64,000 nucleotides of DNA from Phoronis australis (taxonomy: Eukaryota; Animalia; Phoronida), in the NCBI GenBank assembly GCA_002633005.1, contig NMRA01000181.1, positions 382,959 to 446,958 of the forward strand, given 5' to 3'. Both the position numbers and the translations under genes were made by a program. Under the pieces are notes generated by a model. That model made no database searches, was not told the DNA's origin, and saw only the letters and a program-made list of their open reading frames with translations. Positions 39,261 to 51,400 of this stretch are shown here, piece by piece (the stretch's first letter is position 1; each line of letters opens with the position of its first letter).

Positions 39261-39960
39261 CCTCTTGCACGACCTCTGCCACTGGATAAATTAACCGACA
39301 ACTAGTGATAAAGGTGTTTTCTTTCGTGACGAAGACGAGGACACAGCCAACAAATACACGTTTTCCACAGACCGGTGCTATTGGCGGTCTGCGAACATCG
39401 CACGATGATTCGGCACAAAATGTAGGTCATATTTTACCCTCAATTAGGCTAGTAACAGCGACATCTACCAGCTGCTATGAAAGCGATTTCACGACGGCCG
39501 CAAGTCTTGGTCACTCAGAGTTAGCGCATTGACTGCCGGGGCAACCGTCTGTGGTGCGTTCTCACAGCCCCAGTTCCCCCATCATCCCGAGTAAAAGGTC
39601 CTTATGAGTTTCGTTTTTATAGCGCCACCGAAACAGAGCAAAATGCCAACTTAAATTTACCGTACACAAGAGTGGGGACTGCTCGGCGAGTATAGGCGTG
39701 ACCGAAATGGGTCTCGCCGGATGCCGACTGCAGCGGTAAGGCCCGGCCCGGCGACAAGCGGGAGGCACTCCGACCCGCGGCGCAGCGGCGCGGCGGGCGT
39801 ATGGAAGTCTGCTTACTCACCTCGTCATGGTTCAAAGCCTGCATCCCTTTATATTTTAGGACCCTGCCGGGTGCGTGCATGCAGTTTCACATCCCATCAT
39901 CATGCACTCTACTGCTGCAAATGGCCTCGGCACGCGGCAACGGCCCGGGCCGGCCGGGTT
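39261..39960 (-). promoter_or_regulatory. Candidate OSGIN promoter region with two alternative 5' exons
   Basis: Two consensus donors on the minus strand: GAGG|GTGAGTAA (exon ends at 39261) and CGAG|GTGAGTAA (exon ends at 39821). A GC/CpG-rich patch spans ~39700-39960, upstream of the acceptor at 37008. Confidence 0.55.
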
Positions 39961-40155
39961 AGGTAGACTCGGAATTTTAAGGCTATACTATGACAATACC
40001 TCAGCAGCCCGGCACTCAGTACTGAATATTGTGTGACTTCAATTAACTCTGTTAGCTATATATTTTCTGAATACAGAAAGCCTTGGCTGCTGAAATTGAT
40101 TTTGAACTCTTCTCTCATTAGTTACCAGTCAAACTCAGCCGGCATCAATTGGTAC

Positions 40156-40165
40156 GTCACGTGAC
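40156..40165. promoter_or_regulatory. Perfect GTCACGTGAC E-box (CLEAR/USF/MITF-type)
   Basis: Exact 10-bp palindrome ~200 bp upstream of the GC-rich patch; a second CCACGTGACC lies at ~40674-40683. It could be transposon-derived. Confidence 0.35.
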
Positions 40166-41439
40166 CATACTTTTTCAGTTGAGGAAAACTAGGCACCGTG
40201 CAGCAAGACAACGGTACGATCATTAACATGTTCAAATTTCGGCTCTGCATAAATGAGACGAAATCTCAAAAACGCTTCCTGAAATTTTTTAAATTATATC
40301 CCAATTCGTTTTCGCTTATGCCGATTTTTGTCAGGCAAGATTTTTCATGGAAAAAATTAGTGGCCCCTCATGCAGTTTTGGCTGGAGAGCTGTGCTCATA
40401 ATATACCAGTTTCATTTGAATTCCAGCAATTGGCATTTTTGAGAGGTGATGTTCCAAAATTAGCCAAAACATCATTTTTTGCCGCCGGGGTCCTACGGCA
40501 TCCTTGAATGCCATTAACCAATGAAATATTGCTGAGTGAGCAGTTAAGGTGATTTTGGCTCTCAGCTACCATTCCATATCGGTGAAACGTCCCCACACAA
40601 TTGGTCGACGGTTTTCATATTGTGTCCACTCACGTCACAAATATTGACCAGTAGGAGTTTTCGTTATATACCACCACGTGACCACTCAATGGTTAATTCC
40701 TTCCAGCACCCATTCATCACTGATTCCGCTCGGCGTCAATATTTGATGCCGCTAGGTGTTTATTCCTCGAGTATGGGTTCAACAGCACTAATTTAGTGGC
40801 GTTGGAATATGTGGTTCTTGCGCAGGCAGGATTTGATCAATGGTAAACTGGTAGTACTCCCCAGAACTAGTAACAGAGCTAAGAATAATTTACGATATGC
40901 CACCTTCATCATAAGGTTATTGCGTGTGGGGGTCGGAGGCCGGAAAAGCTGCTTGAAAATGCAGGACTAAATCCGCCTCAGTAGGCTTGCGAACGATGTT
41001 AAACAAAAATACCAAAGTAGGCCTACGATTGAACATTTACGATTACTTTGCGTACGCCGAGAGTTCTTTTCTAGACCCGGCAAAGAGTGCAATCCACTCT
41101 TAACTCATAGCGTCTGAAAATCTCATCTCTTATTCTCTTTGGTTCGTAGTTGAACTACCTTAGCTCCGCAGGAAGATGCCTCCTGTGCCCCCTCTCACTA
41201 TAGGTGGCTATATAGTAAAGGCGCCAGATATGACTCCGACAAGAGACCGTTTAAAACTGGGTTATTTGATTCTGCTCTGTGTTTCATATGCCATAATAAA
41301 GTTGATTGCATACCTAATAAGTACCGGTGGGGTTTGTTTCGTAGGAAGACGAAAGACTTACATGTATGACTTAAGCTAGCCGAAATTTCAGCATACACTT
41401 CACAATTTCTGAATAAACTTGTGCTATGTCATTATCCGC

Positions 41440-41795
41440 ACATTATATGGTTTATTATTGTGATATTTAATTTATTATTTATTATTGTGATATTTAAAAT
41501 GAGGGTGGCCTCTTCAGTGATAGCACTGCTTTCCAAGAGGGCCCTCAACAAGAAAAACAGTAGTATAATACAATGAAGTAATAAAACAACAATGAAATAT
41601 ACGTAACAAAGATACAATTAAAACAGGTTGAGAATTAAGACAATAACTAAATGACAAATAATGGTAAAAATTTAACTAAGACTGATGAAATAAATTAAGA
41701 GATGATTCTAGACAGTGAGAATATTTACGACAATGAAAAAATGACATGATTAAGACAGGAAGGGTATAAAAGGTCAAGTAAATTACAGACATAAG
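41440..41795 (-). mobile_element. 3' tail of a non-LTR retrotransposon (L2/CR1-group-like), 5'-truncated
   Basis: The minus strand ends gagggccctcttggaaagcagtgctatcactgaagaggccaccctc (stem-loop) followed by a repeated taaatatcacaataataaa tail. It interrupts a sequence that is contiguous at 46700-46830. Confidence 0.6.
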
Positions 41796-43469
41796 TAATA
41801 CGAAAAATATCGGAGCAACTAACTTTGGATACACCGTCAGAACCTGCGCTTTGAGTCAGTTGACGTGGTGAGGTAAAACTCATATACAAATGTGTAACAG
41901 GAAGCTGATGATGCAAATCGATGACGACATTCATGATCCACGTCAGCATTAGTTAACACCTTACTCTATATAGGTGTAGAGAGTCTATATGTCACGGAGA
42001 ATCTGTAGTAGTCGTGAACTTTTTGACAGTGAGGTTAAGCTCATCGAATCCACTTTACTGTCGAATAGGTTTCCTGGCTGATTTATTGATTCACGCGTTA
42101 ATAGATTTTTACTGGCATCTTCCTGCCTTACACATGTAGGTTCGAGCTAAAAACTTTCAAAAAGTATTTTTTTGCAGTAATTTATATAAAAATGAAAACT
42201 AACGGGGAAATTGCAGCAATGTAGGTCTAAATTATTACGAAAATGATATATTTTAATTCTTTTCGTTTGCATTTTCGCTAAGCCTGGAAGACTCATTTTG
42301 CCGGGACTGGTGTGGTTCAATGCAATTTGTCGAAATCTGACGATTTGGTGAGCAAGTCCTAGCTTTCACAAAACTGTGGCTAGCCGCGGCAATTAATGTC
42401 AGCGAGATTGAACTGAATTCAGTTCAACATAAAAGATAGTTTATTATGGCAAGTTTGCAGCTAAACTGCCATACAGTTTTGGCCAGAAGTTCGTTCAAGT
42501 TTCATTGGCGGAAGCTGACCAAGTGTGTCGTAGTTATGTATAGATTGAAAACTATTAAAGCTAACATCTGTGGAATACAAATCATGTTTAAGTTTAAACT
42601 AATAAGGGATCAAAACCTCTTAACGAGTGAACTGTGTCTTTACATCCATTTCCCAGGACAAAAATGTATTTAACCAGTAAAAACTGATATGATGGATCAG
42701 AATAGACATATATAATGATGGGTCAAGACCCCTGACACATTGAGTTCACTTCCCCCTATTGTGTTAAAATGGAATTAAAGACTGTTTTAATCCACCTGAA
42801 ATACTGATTAATGCATACACCAAACTAGTACACCTGAACCGAGAGAACGGCTTTAAATATATATGGCGAAAATGGACGTGCATGTAAGACGTAAAAGTCG
42901 GCATAGTTGGCCAAAAAATTGACGTAATGTGTCAAAACGGATAAAATGGATAAAAATGGAATCCGATGTGTAATATCTCATAATAGGCGTAATCTGTTAA
43001 AAAACGACATAATCGGTGAAAATTGGTCAAAAAGGACACAATGAGCCAGAGCTTCCGGCGCTTTGGATCAGAGCTAGAATTTGACTATTGAGCCGATCGG
43101 TCTCGATTTCAAATGAACTTAGCGATCGATTGCCAACGTTGGGGGAAAAGCGATTTCTAATAAAAAAACGTTTGCTGGTAGCGTCAGTGTTATTAGCAGG
43201 TTTCTCGGTCCAGGCCCTGAGCTATACAACATTTAAGTCACAATTTTGAAGATACTCCTCTCGGGTTTCCAAAACTTTCACCCACTGGTCGACAATTTTC
43301 CCCTCCCGGTCTTTACATTTACACGTTTTGCCCAACAAAAACGGGGTCCTGCAGCTACGAGGAGGTGTAGGCTACATTTGCACCTTCGCCCTTTTGAATA
43401 GAAATCATCGACCCTCTCTTCCTCTTCTAACCATCCCTGGTGGTATTCCGGTAAGACGACTTATCTCTT

Positions 43470-45795
43470 GAGAAAGTTGTGAGTTTCGAGATCAGTCCAC
43501 ACCCACAGTCTCTCTATGAGGACAACCTGATCTTGAAGAAGGCTGACAGTCCTCAACTGGCTCAAGCCGTTTATGATCGCTGTTCCAAGGCCCATGCTTT
43601 TGAAGGAGCACCAAACTCCACACCTTCAGTACGTCTCCAGACTGAAAGGTATGTTCTTGATGGGGGATCTTTTCTGCACAAGCTCAAATGGAAGAAGAGA
43701 TATACCTATGGAAAATTGTCGGAGCATGCGCTGACTTCACGGCACACTCTGAGGTCAGTAGCCACTGTTGTCTTTGATAACACAGAGACGGAGACAGACC
43801 AGCAGCTATCCGACTGTGAACTTTGGAATTTGATGGCTAAGAGAGATGAATTCCTATCCATTGGCAGTAACAAGCAACAACTGATCGCCTTAATAAGTGA
43901 CCAGCTGCAGAAAGTGGGATGCACAGCCGCTCAGGCAGAAGGGGACGCAGATGTGGACATTGCAAAGACAGCAGTAAACAGTATAATATGCATTCCACCA
44001 CAGTAATCGGCGACGGAGGACACTGACTTGTTGATGCTTATGCTCCATTACTGTTTGGCTGACGGGAAACCACTATTTTTCAGATCTGGCTACCAGTCAT
44101 GAACCCATCTGAAAGTATACGACATAAATTGGATGAAGCGTGTGCTCAGGATTAAATTGTGTACCCAGCTACTATTCCTGCCCTCCTTCACAGGATGCAA
44201 ATCAACGTCTCGTGTATATGGCGTTGGGATGACCTCAGTCTCTCAGAAACTCGTGAAAGATGACCAAGTCCTCCAGTCATGCGCAAACACATTCACCACG
44301 AAAGGTGTGAGCCCCGCTGAGAGAAACTTGGCAGACAAGCGATGGTGGCAATGTTGAGTGGTGGAGAGAGCACGTGCTCTCTGGTTTTCCGTGCGTTACA
44401 ACATATTCACAAAGAAGCTCGCTACTGTTAAATCTTTCGCTACTCCCGAACGTCTTCCACCAACGGAATCAGCCACCAGGTTTCATTGTCTCGAGTGTAC
44501 TACCAGGTCATGGATTGGATGAGGATGGGAAATGACCGGGATCCTTTAGACTGGGGCTGGAGACTTGAAGGCAATCAATTCGTACACATCGTAACTGCCA
44601 TGAATCCTGCACCAGACACTCACCTAGATGATACACTGCAACTGTACTACAGGTGGTAGCATGCCCCAGTGCAGTTGCAAAAAGAATGGGCTTGCATGTA
44701 CATCTACATGTAGATTGTGCTTAGCGACATATTGTGACAATCCACTAAATAAAATTTCTGAGGAACGTGAAGACAGAGATGAGGGTTGACCTGAGGCAGT
44801 ATGCATACGTGTAATGTACATAACATTCTTGGATGAAAAATTGTAACGTACTCGTTCATGCGTCGGCGACGAATAAATACTTTATTAGCACCTGTTGTTC
44901 AGTCATTTTGATACTGACAGATGCCTTTTAGTAAAGGGGAATTTTTGCAGGCTTAAGTTATTGAGCATGATACAACCTATACCTCGGTACACATTCTCTG
45001 TCAGTGCAGTACAAACACTGTAGTTCATTAGATTGCAATCAGGACTTTGTGTAAAACATGTTGTAATTAACCCCAATTAGCTCGTTCTCAGGACTTGAAA
45101 ACACCATGACTTTGCACAATGTAGCACCCAACTGACTATAACAAGACCCTTGAAAACATACTTCTGAATAAATTTATTGCTAACTGTCACTATTCTTGAT
45201 AATAACACTTTGTATAACTATGCAGGCTAATTTGGCATTGACATTTGGGGTTATAAAAGTATCTTTTCTGTCTTGGAGCGAAAACACAGTGTATCAGTAT
45301 ATTTTTATGGTGTACTGACAACAGATTGATATGCATATGTGCAAAATTTCGTGCAATGAATGTTTTTAGAAAATATAAAGGTTAAAGTTCGAAACGTTTC
45401 TTTGACCACCCGATATAATGGACAAATCGGTCATTTTTCGTTCTTGAATTTTAGCCGCCATCTTGAATTTCATATCACTGAAATACCGATCATATCTTAA
45501 TATTAACCACACCAGCGAGTTGCTCACCCCTTAAAACCATAGACTAGAACCAAAAACTATGTCTCTATCTCAATTATTGAAGAAATTATATCTATTTTTG
45601 GTGATTTCGAAACGTCATGGCTGCCATCTTGGAAATGATGCAGTGTTAACCCATTTCCGGTGGTCAGATTTTGGTAGACGTTTTCCTGTTAATAAGTATA
45701 CGCAGCAGAGCACAAAACCACTGTAAAACCTTTTGTTGCAATTTGTTGTGGGTCGGGTGGCTTTTTGTCATAAATTGACTCGCATAAAGATGCCA
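43470..45795 (+). mobile_element. Academ (AcademX-like) DNA transposon relic: XPG/FEN1-like nuclease plus C-terminal Cys-rich finger, pseudogenised
   Basis: Across frames: YVLDGGSFLHKLKW, VVFD, NKQQLIALI, AEGDADVDI, DTDLLMLML, LLFLPSFTGCKSTSRVYGVG (H3TH-like), LPPTESATRFH, YYQVM..W, DPLDWGWRL, PAPD, IHCNCTTG..CSCKKNGLACTSTC..CDN, ending ~44789. The downstream region carries gccgccatctt repeats. The element's right boundary is approximate. Confidence 0.78.
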
Positions 45796-47963
45796 ACCGT
45801 CAGTGTCTGATTCAATCAGTCTATAAAATCAAACCACTGTATTGATTTTAATGATGTAAAGATTCTAGACCATGGCATGAATAGAACTAACCTGCCATTC
45901 CGTGATGCCTATGGGCTTCATAGTGTGAACAGCTTGAAAACGAACATAAAAGCGTTGAACATTATGTTATGGTACTTAAAGTTGAGTTCGCCTTTTGCAC
46001 TGAGTGTCTCTCTACTTGTCACGTGTATTATGCACTTTGATGCTGATGTATCGTTATTGTGAAGTGATGAAGAACATGACTCATACCTAATGATGATTTA
46101 AGCTATTACATCGAAACGTTGATCATGAACATGACTATCATTTTTGTTGTTAGCTTCCTATTTTACAACTGGCCAAAAACTTATGTTGTAAATAAATGCG
46201 CAAGACAATGGTATGACTGAAGAAACTGACCCCTGGCGAACATCGGCATCAACTCCAACATTCTAAGCTGGCCAAGTTTTCGTACGATATGACCATGGTG
46301 AAGTTCTACTACTTTGGTTATGTGAATTCTTTGGAGTAGTTAAAGCAACAGTAGGGGCCTCTAGAAAGCTTGACTAATCAAGTTTCACTGTGCATTTAGA
46401 CAACTTGGCGTCCATTAATTGGGATACGGCTCAACAAATAAAAAAGTTAGAGGAGTTCGTCTGCTTTATGCGTGATGATCAGAGTCGAGAGTCATAGTGG
46501 ATGTTTAGTCTTTTACCAAGATGTTACGCAGTGTGGTAAAGGAACCTGTATTATTCTCACTCATCAGCCTGGCTAAACAGGTGATAGCTTTCCACTCTCA
46601 TGGCATTATCGGTTTTAAGACAAAAAAAGGATTTTTGGGATAGGCTTTTGAACGTTAGCTTTGACCAGGGGTCTTTTTACGAAAAGTGATTTGTGACTTA
46701 AGTTAGAAATTTCGGCTTACACTCCCGCGTCACAATTTCTGAATAAATTTCTGTCATGCAAATTTTTGTACATTACAGTTAGAAATAATTTACACGAAAA
46801 TTATCTGAGCAACTAACTATGGATACACTTTTAGAAACCCCGAGCTTTTGCTGACTTAAAACTGTTTTTCAAAAATAAATGCATGGAGCTTAAGCCAATA
46901 GTTTGACTGAAGTCTGGACTCTTTTGATAAAGCTACGACCCCTGGTGAACATTGGAATCAACTAAAAAACTCTGTCAGAAATTTGGCTTACGTTTCATAT
47001 AGCTATTTCTGAGAAATAATTAAATCTCACTTGAGCAAATATGTAAAGTCTATGAAAATGTGTACACAACTGCAAGTGGCATTGAGGTAATTTCTGTAAA
47101 TTAGTTCTGGATTGTCGCGGCTGGTGGCGAATACCTTTAATTTACGTATGTCTGCCGTTTATTTGTAGAAAACGTTTAGCTACACTTTACATGAAACTTT
47201 TTTCCACAGGTAGGCAGATTCCTCTACAAACTAAGTACGCCCCCATACGTCTTTTCAGAGGAGTACCCCGCTCTGACAAAGGCTTGACCGGGCATAGAAC
47301 GCATACGGCTGCAATAAATAGCGCAGGTCAATCAATGTAGCATTAAATTTTATGTTCATTGTTTGGCGGGGTCAAATGTAATTGTACGCCCGGTAATGAA
47401 TATCGGTTAACTTTTTCGATCACAAATGACTGTTTGTCCAGAAAAAGAGATCATGATAGAACAATAACTTTATTTAATTGTGAAATTTGAACAACTTAAC
47501 TCGATATACCAACCTTACGCATTAAAGTTTTATGCCCGACCCCACTGATGAGGCTAAGACCGAGACACGTCTTTCAAAAAATACAGTTTCAAAGGGTGTT
47601 CATTTCGAGAGAAATGTTCCAGCAAAGAAGAATGGGAAAATTTCCCTCCACATGCACATGTAGGATTCAAGGTGGCTATCCTGCATTGCTCTGCATTCGG
47701 CAGCACAGATATCCTGTTACACCGTCTACTACGAATTACGCATCGTTAAGTCATCAAGATTCGTGAAGCGCTAGCTAGACTATTTTCCCATCTGCAGAAT
47801 GCCATCCTAAAGCCTCGAATGTAAGCAAACTATGGTTATGAATGGAATGACAAAGCAAGTGTTAGTAACAGAAGCCACTGTGTAGGTCGGCATTCATGCA
47901 CACGGTGTTCCAAGCAGGAAAGGACTGAAGCTTTCCCCATGAAGATAATTGGTGTTGCAGTAT

Positions 47964-48488
47964 TTAGTCTGAATCGGTGCTGAAGCCGTTGATTCCGTTA
48001 ACTGCACCATTTACCAGAGACGGTTCGTGTCCATTTGAAGCCAAGGAAGCGTCGATTCCATTTGAAATCAGAGAAGGTTCGTGTCCGTTTGTTGGAGACT
48101 CGATAGATGGCGCTCGGAAGACTCTTGGTTCCAAGTCCATGGTAGTTTTATACCACCAGGTTGTATGTTTGCTGTGACGTGTTAAAGTGGAGAGAAACGA
48201 ATTTTCAACACGTTTAGGATACGCGTACACTGTCTCTGCGTAACTCACTAGTTTTGTTCGAGGCCAATATTCCACGCCGCTCACGTGACGTCGACGGGTT
48301 GAGTTAGCGTAGGCGATAATTCTGTCCCAGTAACGAGTGGGCTTCAAACTTGGTGCTAGATGAATGGTCTCCTTGTATCTTAGTCCTATTTTAAATTCAC
48401 ACTTGCTTTCCACAGAGTATTCATCATGAGCGTCCTCGTCCGTTATGCGAACCTGCTGTGAGTAATGGGACCCATTTATTAGATGCAT
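47964..48488 (-). CDS. Hypothetical protein, 174 aa, single coding exon
   Basis: Longest ORF outside OSGIN. First ATG at 48488; upstream acceptor cttctgttttattccag at 48787; downstream AATAAA (plus-strand tttatt 47469-47474). No family recognised. Confidence 0.6.
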   Translation of the reverse strand: MHLINGSHYSQQVRITDEDAHDEYSVESKCEFKIGLRYKETIHLAPSLKPTRYWDRIIAYANSTRRRHVSGVEYWPRTKLVSYAETVYAYPKRVENSFLSTLTRHSKHTTWWYKTTMDLEPRVFRAPSIESPTNGHEPSLISNGIDASLASNGHEPSLVNGAVNGINGFSTDSD

Positions 48489-51400
48489 GACGTCAGATAA
48501 CGTGCACCACAGATGACCGAACAATAATAATAACAAGAACAACTACTTTCGAAATCCAGGTTGATCCAACCTGTCTTTTTCGCTGGACAGTTGATATTCG
48601 TCGTTAGATAGCTGCCGCTGCAGTGTTGGAGGCTTAGCTCCGATGTTGCAGGGTTCGAAATGTGGTTACTGAGGCGGTTCGTACCACCCGGGTCCTGTTA
48701 GTCAATCTTCTGTTCCACTTGAAGTATAATAATTTTGTTGCCTCAAACCCAACCACACACAGCACAAACGTACTTCATCAATGATCCTGGAATAAAACAG
48801 AAGATATGGATTAATGTCCTCTCTGTGTTGTAATGAGTATGCGCACAAAACTGAGACGGACACACGTCGATCAATACTCGATATGTTTATAATCTGTGAA
48901 AGACAATGGTAGAGTACACACGTTGTGTTGAGAGTCAAAACACTGAGTCGAAAGCAGCACACAATGACACGTTAGCTGCAGCATGACGGGAGTCAGTCGC
49001 ACAACGTCAAGGTTTCTCCACAACGTAGGCCTACATGTGTGGAACCATGCTGATTTCATTAGAAAATATTTCATATACTTACTCATTTTTTGTTCTAAGT
49101 CATATCGTTTGAGTGTTTGCGTGCATTGCAAGGACTAATGACAAAAGGGCCTTATGGCAAGGCTTTGTGGCAAGACTTCGGGAAAACTCGTGTCCGCGTT
49201 TTATTACCTGTACTAGGGGTTAACAAATACACAAAGTCTGTGAACTTGAGTGGTGAGATTGGTTTCATACTAAAAGCTGCACTTCGTCTCTAAATTCTGT
49301 AGAAAATGGTGTGTTAGATCCAATCAATAATTTGAGATCAAAACGGCATTTTGTTCCAGCTTACTTTGCTACTAAGTGAGAAGCTATACCGGCAAACACA
49401 CTACTTGCTTTTTAGTAATTACAATAAAACACAAAGAAAATAAAAAAAAACAATCGAGAAACATTAACCATTACTGATTGGATGTCGCTTATAACTGAGC
49501 TCTAGAAATCAACGAAAATTGAATGATGGAACCACAAGAAAGTCTAACAGCAGGTGGCGTTGTTTAAAAGACAAGTTATTCGCTATACACCTTCCTCTCT
49601 TTACGTTACATAATTATCGGTCGTTGACCTGTTTCAGAAAAAAATGATGGCATACTTCTGCCCGTTTTACACTAATAGAGTCTAGGTAGTGTTAAACATT
49701 TTATGTAAGCTTAAATTTATTCATCTCTGCGGTAGGTTGCCCACCAAAGGACCAGTTTACTCCACAGTGAACAAATGGCCCGAAGTGTGTCGTTGTCTCA
49801 GGCGCTTCTTACAATAGAACATAAAAGAAATGTTTAAATAAACGTGTGTAAAATCTGGAATTCAAACTGTTGATCGGAGCCTGGGTCCGTAAGCCCACGG
49901 TTGTTGCCGGGATAACAGTGGAGGTCGCATTGTGCCACAGTGCCGTTGACGTCCCCCAAAAAAGTAGCGGATTCTCGTAGAAGATTTATGCAATCCATCC
50001 CAGAAAAAGGAGCATGGGTCTAGAAATGCACAACTATTCAATTATAACGGTCTTTGGAATAGCGCCACGGTCGCATTTTCGTGATCATAAAATTGAGGCA
50101 ACTTTAAACAGATCGTCATTCGGTGCTGAGTATGCATGCAACTCATCGCATATACATCCAATGAGTAATGCTGACACAACACTTGGGAGATTATCAAAAA
50201 CATATGCCAATTACAGTAATACCGCATTGCTTAAGAAAAAAGAAAATAAGTTAAGTTTTCGAAAATTATTAGCGGCAGGTTTCCGATGACGCAACAGAAC
50301 CGGATATTAAAAATAAAGCTATCTCCGAATTTTAATGAACGAAATAAAGTTTGTGAAAATGAACTGCGTATGACGCAAACACATTTTGCCGGTATTTTCA
50401 ACAAGCCTTGAATTAAGACTTGATTATAGTTTAGTCCCAATAAGGTTACAAACGGCCTAATAACGCAACTGGTTTAGTTGTCTCTGTTTAATTTCCGTTC
50501 AATAGCGACGCAACCAATTTTTAGATAATTTATGCAACAAAAACTTGTTCTAGACTAGAACTCTACCTTGTAAAATGAGTTCCGACACCAACCCTAGCGA
50601 AGTAATTTTTTTCAGAGTTGCGGTCAGTCTGCATGTATCATATAAAAGTTTGTACACACAGGATTAGCAGATTGACCTAAGGTGAGTAGATAACTACACG
50701 TGGTTCGTTGAAGGGGTGATGCACGGATAATTGAATACACAGATTTAGGTATATTTACCGCTAATGAAAGTGAAGTTAGGCCACTTTTCCTAATGGCAGC
50801 AATCGCCTCCGTGATTTCAGTGCATGTCCAATAATTCAACAATTAGCTGTCATTGACCACAAATTAACACAGATGTGAAGTCAAAATATTTTCCGCGTAA
50901 ATACACAGTACAAGAGTAAACACGTCTGGTTCGCTGGTGTAAGTAATTCGTTTTCTGCCGAGGGTAGCAGAGTAGTAATCCAGGGCCGTAGGAAATTAAG
51001 GGGTGGGGTGAGGGACAGGTGCCCAAAATACTTTGCACGCGACAGGGTGAAACCGATCAGTATATATAGGCGTGGGGCTGGAGGTAATAGACAGTAGAGA
51101 AAAGAAAGAGACAAGCAGGCACGTAGAAGAGAGAAATTTTGAGAGAACATTTGTCAACTGCAGTATTGGATTTTTCCTGGCCAGCACATTTTGTTTGGAG
51201 GAGCCGTGGAGCCCAGGTTTTAGCAGAATGGACTAGTGGACCTCAAAACGTGCTCTCTGTCTTATATACTCCAAGAAAACTTGTTTATCTACAGATTTTC
51301 GAGAGTAAATTGGTTCAGATTTTCAAATTCATCAAGGCACTGCTTTTCTCTAGGGCAGGGGTTAATATGTCATCTCTTTTTCCCGCTATTTCATGAAATT

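Noticed and set aside
42860-43050. Short spaced repeats (aaaatggac/aaaaattgacgtaat) as a CRISPR-like array
   Set aside because: The units are degenerate and irregular with no unique spacers or cas genes; this is a TE-internal minisatellite in eukaryotic DNA.
48480-48545. Antizyme-like frameshift site (GHLWCTLSDVMH resembles GPxWCSDxPH)
   Set aside because: There is no TCC-TGA shift site, and the downstream ORF lacks the antizyme domain motifs.
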